A stretch of 64,000 nucleotides of DNA from Octopus vulgaris (Eukaryota). Location: assembly GCA_951406725.2 (NCBI GenBank), contig OX597832.1, positions 67,332,001-67,396,000 of the forward strand, read 5' to 3'. Shown here one piece after another: positions 58,992-64,000 of this stretch. The translations under genes were made by a program, and so were the position numbers. The notes under the pieces were generated by a model. The model saw only the letters and a program-made list of their open reading frames with translations. It was not told the origin of the DNA and ran no database searches. The first letter of the stretch is position 1, and every line of letters begins with the position of its first letter.

Positions 58992-58993
<2 letters not shown>
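58566..58993. mobile_element. TA-flanked fold-back hammerhead element (palindrome 58566-58875, 4-nt loop, ~118-bp extension)
   Basis: Centre GGCTAT-GAGT-ATAGCC at 58721-58736. The arms match apart from small indels. Confidence 0.88.
58596..58686 (-). ncRNA. Type I hammerhead ribozyme, long stem II
   Basis: Minus strand: stem I UUUUAG/CUAAAA, core CUGAUGA, stem II GUACGGGACA/UGUCCUUGUAU, GAAA, stem III AC-GAUU-GU, site GUA. Confidence 0.85.
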
Positions 58994-59037
<44 letters not shown>

Positions 59038-59152
59038 TTTATATATAAATATATATATATATATTACAATAAGAGGAAGGACCACTAAAGTGGATTCCTA
59101 TATGCTATAGGAATCCTCATTAGTGTTCATTCCTCTTATTAATTGCAATATA

Positions 59153-60444
59153 CGAGGGGCGTTCAATAAGTAATGCCTCTGACCCACTTCCCATAGCAGT
59201 AGAGCAACAAAACTTGGCACAGGTATTAGTCTTTTTCTACATAGGAACAACCCAGAGGTACGCATTTCTCCCATCGTTTGATGCAGTTCTGGAGACCGTT
59301 TTCGTAGAAGACCCCAACTTGGTCCTCCAACCACGACGTGACTTCAGAAATCAAGGCTGCATCATCTGGGAAACGCTTTCCTTTCTAAAACAACTTCATG
59401 GCTGGGAAGAGGTGAAAATCACAGGGTGCAAGGTCAGGAGAGTAGGGGGATGGGGGAAGAGTTCATAGCCGCACGCCTGTGCTTCTGATCTGGCGACACG
59501 CGAGTTGTGGACCGGAGCGTTGTCCTGCAGGAGGAGGATGCCTTTGCTGATCTTGCCCCGCCTCTTGGTTTCGATAGCTTCTCTTAATTTCCTCAAAAGT
59601 GAAACATGATAGGCTCCTGTAATTGTGGTACCCTTTGCCAGGAAATCTGTCATCACTACTCCGTCCTGGTCCCAGAAGAATGTGAGCATGACCTTGCCAG
59701 CGGAGGGCTGCACCCTTGCCTTCTTTGGAGGAGGTGAGTCATGGTGCTTCCACTGCATTGACTGGGCTTTGGTCTCTGGATCATAGTGATGGACCCAGGT
59801 CTCATCCTGTGTAATCAGTCTTTTGAAAAATTTTGACTCATCTTCTTGGCACATCCCTAAATTCTTGCTTCTGGAATTCTTGCGTTCTTGCTTCTGGAAA
59901 AGTGTGAGCAACCTGGAAATCCATCTGGCAGACACCTTTTGCATATGCAAATGGTCATGAATGATAGTTTCCACAGACCCGGTACTAATCTTGACTTCAT
60001 GGGCTATATGGCGAATAGTTATGCGTCGATCTTCCAAAATGGCAGCCTCAACTTGATGGACAGATGCCTCATCAATGGCAGAAGGGGTGCGACCAGATCT
60101 GGGAGCTGTTTCCACAGAGTTCCGACCATGTTTGAATTCACGATGCCAGCGTTTTACAAGGTCATATGATGGGGCATCATCACCATAAGTTACTTTCATT
60201 TCATTAAAAGTCTCCTGTGGTGTGCGTCATTTCAAATACAAAAACCGGATCACTGCTCGACACTCAACATGCTCCATTTCCCACTTGACTCATTTCAAAC
60301 ACCTGTAAATCAGAAACCACAATTAGTTCGGAGCTGTAATTTGCCACTTAATCTATAGAGATATCAATAATTGCACATGCAAATTTTCAGCTAGATCAAA
60401 CAAAGGCAAGTGGGTCAGAGGCATTACTTATTGAACGCCCCTCG
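59153..60444 (-). mobile_element. Full-length mariner (1292 bp) with perfect 37-bp TIRs and TA target duplication
   Basis: CGAGGGGCGTTCAATAAGTAATGCCTCTGACCCACTT at 59153-59189 and its reverse complement at 60408-60444. TA on both sides. Confidence 0.97.
59235..60277 (-). pseudogene. Mariner DD34D transposase with a premature stop and a frameshift
   Basis: MEHVECRAVIRFLYLK*, PRSGRTP, SARWISRLL, ITQDETWVHHYDPETK, LLQDNAPVH; frameshift within PPYSPDL. Confidence 0.92.
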
Positions 60445-60541
60445 TAAATTCGGATTTTTTTAATATGCTAGACCAATGGCTTAAATTGATGTTAATTGAT
60501 ATCAATTTCTACCCTCATTAATTAATACATACTTACATATA

Positions 60542-60577
<36 letters not shown>

Positions 60578-61202
60578 TGTATGTATGTATGTATGTATGT
60601 ATGTATGTATGTATGTATGTATGTATGTATGTGAGTTTGTATGTATGTGAGTTTGTGCATGTGTGGGTTTTGCGTGTTCATTTCAATGATGTTAATAGGC
60701 GACGAAATGCAAAATGTCGTAGTTCATGGATGGAAACTCTTTCCTGAGATATGACTCTACAAAGTTATATACATTAATTTGTCACTATAAGCATCGGCAC
60801 TTCAGTATGCATCATTTGAAACCTGTATTCAAAGATGCGATTGTTCCAGAGATTTAAATAACTGAATGTTAATATGGCTTCCAAATATAATCGAGCATTG
60901 GTAGCGGTAATCTTGCTCTCAGGATATCATTAACTTTTTGTTATCAAGAATAAGCTGTTCTTTTCTGCTCTCCTTAATACTGGTAATTTTTCTCGCTAAG
61001 GCTTCTCTTTTCCTTAAGGTTTCTTAATCTTCATATATTCTTGATCGAATATCTCGAAAGTTTCTGCTACATGTAATCTATATTCATTAGCAACGATCAG
61101 TGATTTTCTTTTCCTCTGCCATCCATTTTACCTCCTTAGTCTTAGGTTTCCTTTCTTATTTTTTTTTTATCCTTTTTCATTTCAGGTATTATTTGCAGTA
61201 TT

Positions 61203-61395
61203 AGGTGAAGTGGCAGAACGGTTAGTGTCGGACCAAATATTTTGCAGTCTGAATCTTGATTTCTCCTGCTCTAAGTTCAAAACCTGTGAAAATCAACTTT
61301 GCCATTCGTCCCACCGAAGCCGACATAGTAATGTACGAGAAAGTACTAAAACCAATGTGATCGACATACTTCCTACCCTGATTCATCAAAATTTG
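61203..61395 (+). mobile_element. Decayed SINE, family A
   Basis: AGGTGAAGTGGCAGAACGGTTAG...AAGTTCAAA...CTTTGCCATTCGTCC. Confidence 0.55.
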
Positions 61396-61499
61396 AAACA
61401 ATCATTATTATTTGATGAAAACCCACAGCTTATTTGGCTGGATATGATGGAGTGTGTCAGCTGTCCACAGCAAGCAGAGAAAGCTGAAACTTGTTAACT

Positions 61500-61680
61500 A
61501 GTCCTGCTTCAGGAACTCTGCGAACAATTCTTGCAGTTCCAAGCAATGTTAACTTTTGTACGTGTTCTAACTTTACATTTGTATCACTCTTTTTGAGCCA
61601 AGTTGGTAGATGAGTGATGATAATTCCAAGTGCCCGAATCACTATTGGCACCACATCTACTCACCTCATTGACCAGAACC
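61500..61680 (-). mobile_element. Old R4/Dong-like LINE C-terminal fragment
   Basis: VPIVIRALG...LEHVQKLTLLGTARIVRRV, truncated at (TAA)n. Confidence 0.75.
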
Positions 61681-61731
<51 letters not shown>

Positions 61732-61756
61732 GTTGTTGTTGTTGTTGTTATTATTA

Positions 61757-62725
<969 letters not shown>

Positions 62726-63281
62726 GAATGAGAGAGCATTGCATGCCATCAAAGGGACATTGGGGTAAAATTTACGAAGCCCAGTATACCCATCATGACT
62801 ACCCGTCTGATAAGGGTACACTAGGCACATGCATCACAACCATATGTGAGCGACATGGTGATCTCATATCAAAATAAACAGCACATGACCGTGCAGGTGG
62901 GGCCCAGTTAGAATTTTCTTCAGGTCGAGTAACCCATCCCACTCGAAAGGTCCCTGAATAAGGGTTGTTTAAGGATGTTGAACGAACCACCCATGTTTCC
63001 AGAGGTGAATTATTCAAAACCCAAAGAATTCCTCTCAACACATGGCTATGATGCTCCCCCACTACTTCTGCTCGTGATCAGAGATGCACATATCGTCAGC
63101 CACAAAGGGACATGCTCAACTTGTTAAAGTCAAACAACTGACAAGCAAATCTGTGGTATTGAGCAGAATATTTGCTGTAGCCCATCTTTTATACCAAGAC
63201 AAAACAATGTACATGTTAACACTTCCAATCAGTTAAGATCAGAAGCTATGAGAGCCACTGCCTGGTACTGCATCAGGGCAT
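62726..63281 (-). mobile_element. ~555-bp non-coding interspersed element bounded on both sides by (TAA)n
   Basis: Sharp boundaries with TAA arrays, higher GC than its surroundings, no recognisable ORF. Strand is tentative. Confidence 0.5.
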
Positions 63282-63318
63282 TTATTATTATTATTGTTAT
63301 TAATATTATTATTATTAA

Positions 63319-63384
<66 letters not shown>

Positions 63385-63614
63385 CATCATCATCATCATA
63401 TGTTTGACTTTTGTTTGTATTTGTAAAAGTTGGTTGCAAGCCTCAACCATAGACCTAAAGAGACAAGTTAGAATTGCATGTTGGCGTTACGCCTAGGGTG
63501 TCATATATTTGTCTTTGTACATAGCATTGTTCTAGAGAATGTATAAGACAACATAAGAAAATTATGAGTTTCAGTTCTATATTTAAGAGATTAAGTATTA
63601 TTTAAATTATTTAC

Positions 63615-63725
63615 ATTATTTGCATTTGACGGATATTTGTCCTCATATGGCGTAATGGTTAAGAGCACGGGCTACTAACCCCAAAATTCTGAGTTCGATT
63701 CCAGACAGTGACCTGAATAATAATG

Positions 63726-63788
<63 letters not shown>

Positions 63789-63934
63789 TCGAAAAATACC
63801 TTAAGAATAAGAGAATGAAAGCCCAGGTTCGAAATTTCACCAAGACACCTGATGAAGGCTGGAGGGTATATCAGCCGGAACGTTGTGTTAACAACAAACA
63901 AGAAGAGGACAAATATCCTTCAAATGTAAATAAT
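63615..63934 (+). mobile_element. Composite element: 30-bp inverted ends, tRNA-derived head, (AAT)n, minimal hammerhead
   Basis: IR 63615-63644 and 63905-63934 (2 mismatches). A box TGGCGTAATGG at 63648, B box GAGTTCGATTCC at 63691, hammerhead at 63844-63889. Confidence 0.75.
63844..63889 (+). ncRNA. Minimal type I hammerhead with A13G lesion
   Basis: GACAC-CUGAUGA-A-GGCUG(10-nt loop)CAGCC-GGAA-CGUU-GUGUU. Stem III is reduced to the palindrome ACGU. Confidence 0.65.
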
Positions 63935-64000
63935 TACGAGTATATTTTAAAATTTGAGATTACATAGACAGTATTTTCAGTAGGATATGAGCAGTTCCTA

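Noticed and set aside
62803-62830. CTGATAAG motif
   Set aside because: C3-A8 mismatch and no downstream stem II/GAAA.
63648-63713. Genuine tRNA gene
   Set aside because: No complete acceptor stem; embedded in a repeat, so treated as a SINE-type head. The same applies to the other SINE heads.

Overview
AT-rich eukaryotic, repeat-dominated window with very dense (TA)n, (TAA)n and (CA)n microsatellites. The SINE, Penelope, Dong and mariner content looks like a cephalopod (Octopus-like) genome; this is an inference from recalled repeat families. No host protein-coding gene can be supported, and almost all listed ORFs are microsatellite artefacts or transposon remnants. Recognisable elements: several mariner, Tc1 and maT DNA transposons (one near-intact mariner with perfect 37-bp TIRs), three Penelope-like retroelement remnants, R4/Dong LINE pieces in TAA repeats, probable hAT, L1 and Helitron remnants, and many tRNA-derived SINEs. 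The most notable signal is a recurring class of microsatellite-embedded fold-back elements carrying type I hammerhead-ribozyme folds. Three have canonical cores with unusually long stem II, two have compensatory 3-8 core variants (U3-A8, G3-C8), one sits downstream of a tRNA-derived Pol III head, and one shows a head-to-tail junction consistent with a circular or tandem RNA template. All structures were read by eye; no folding, alignment or database search was run, and boundaries of decayed elements are approximate.
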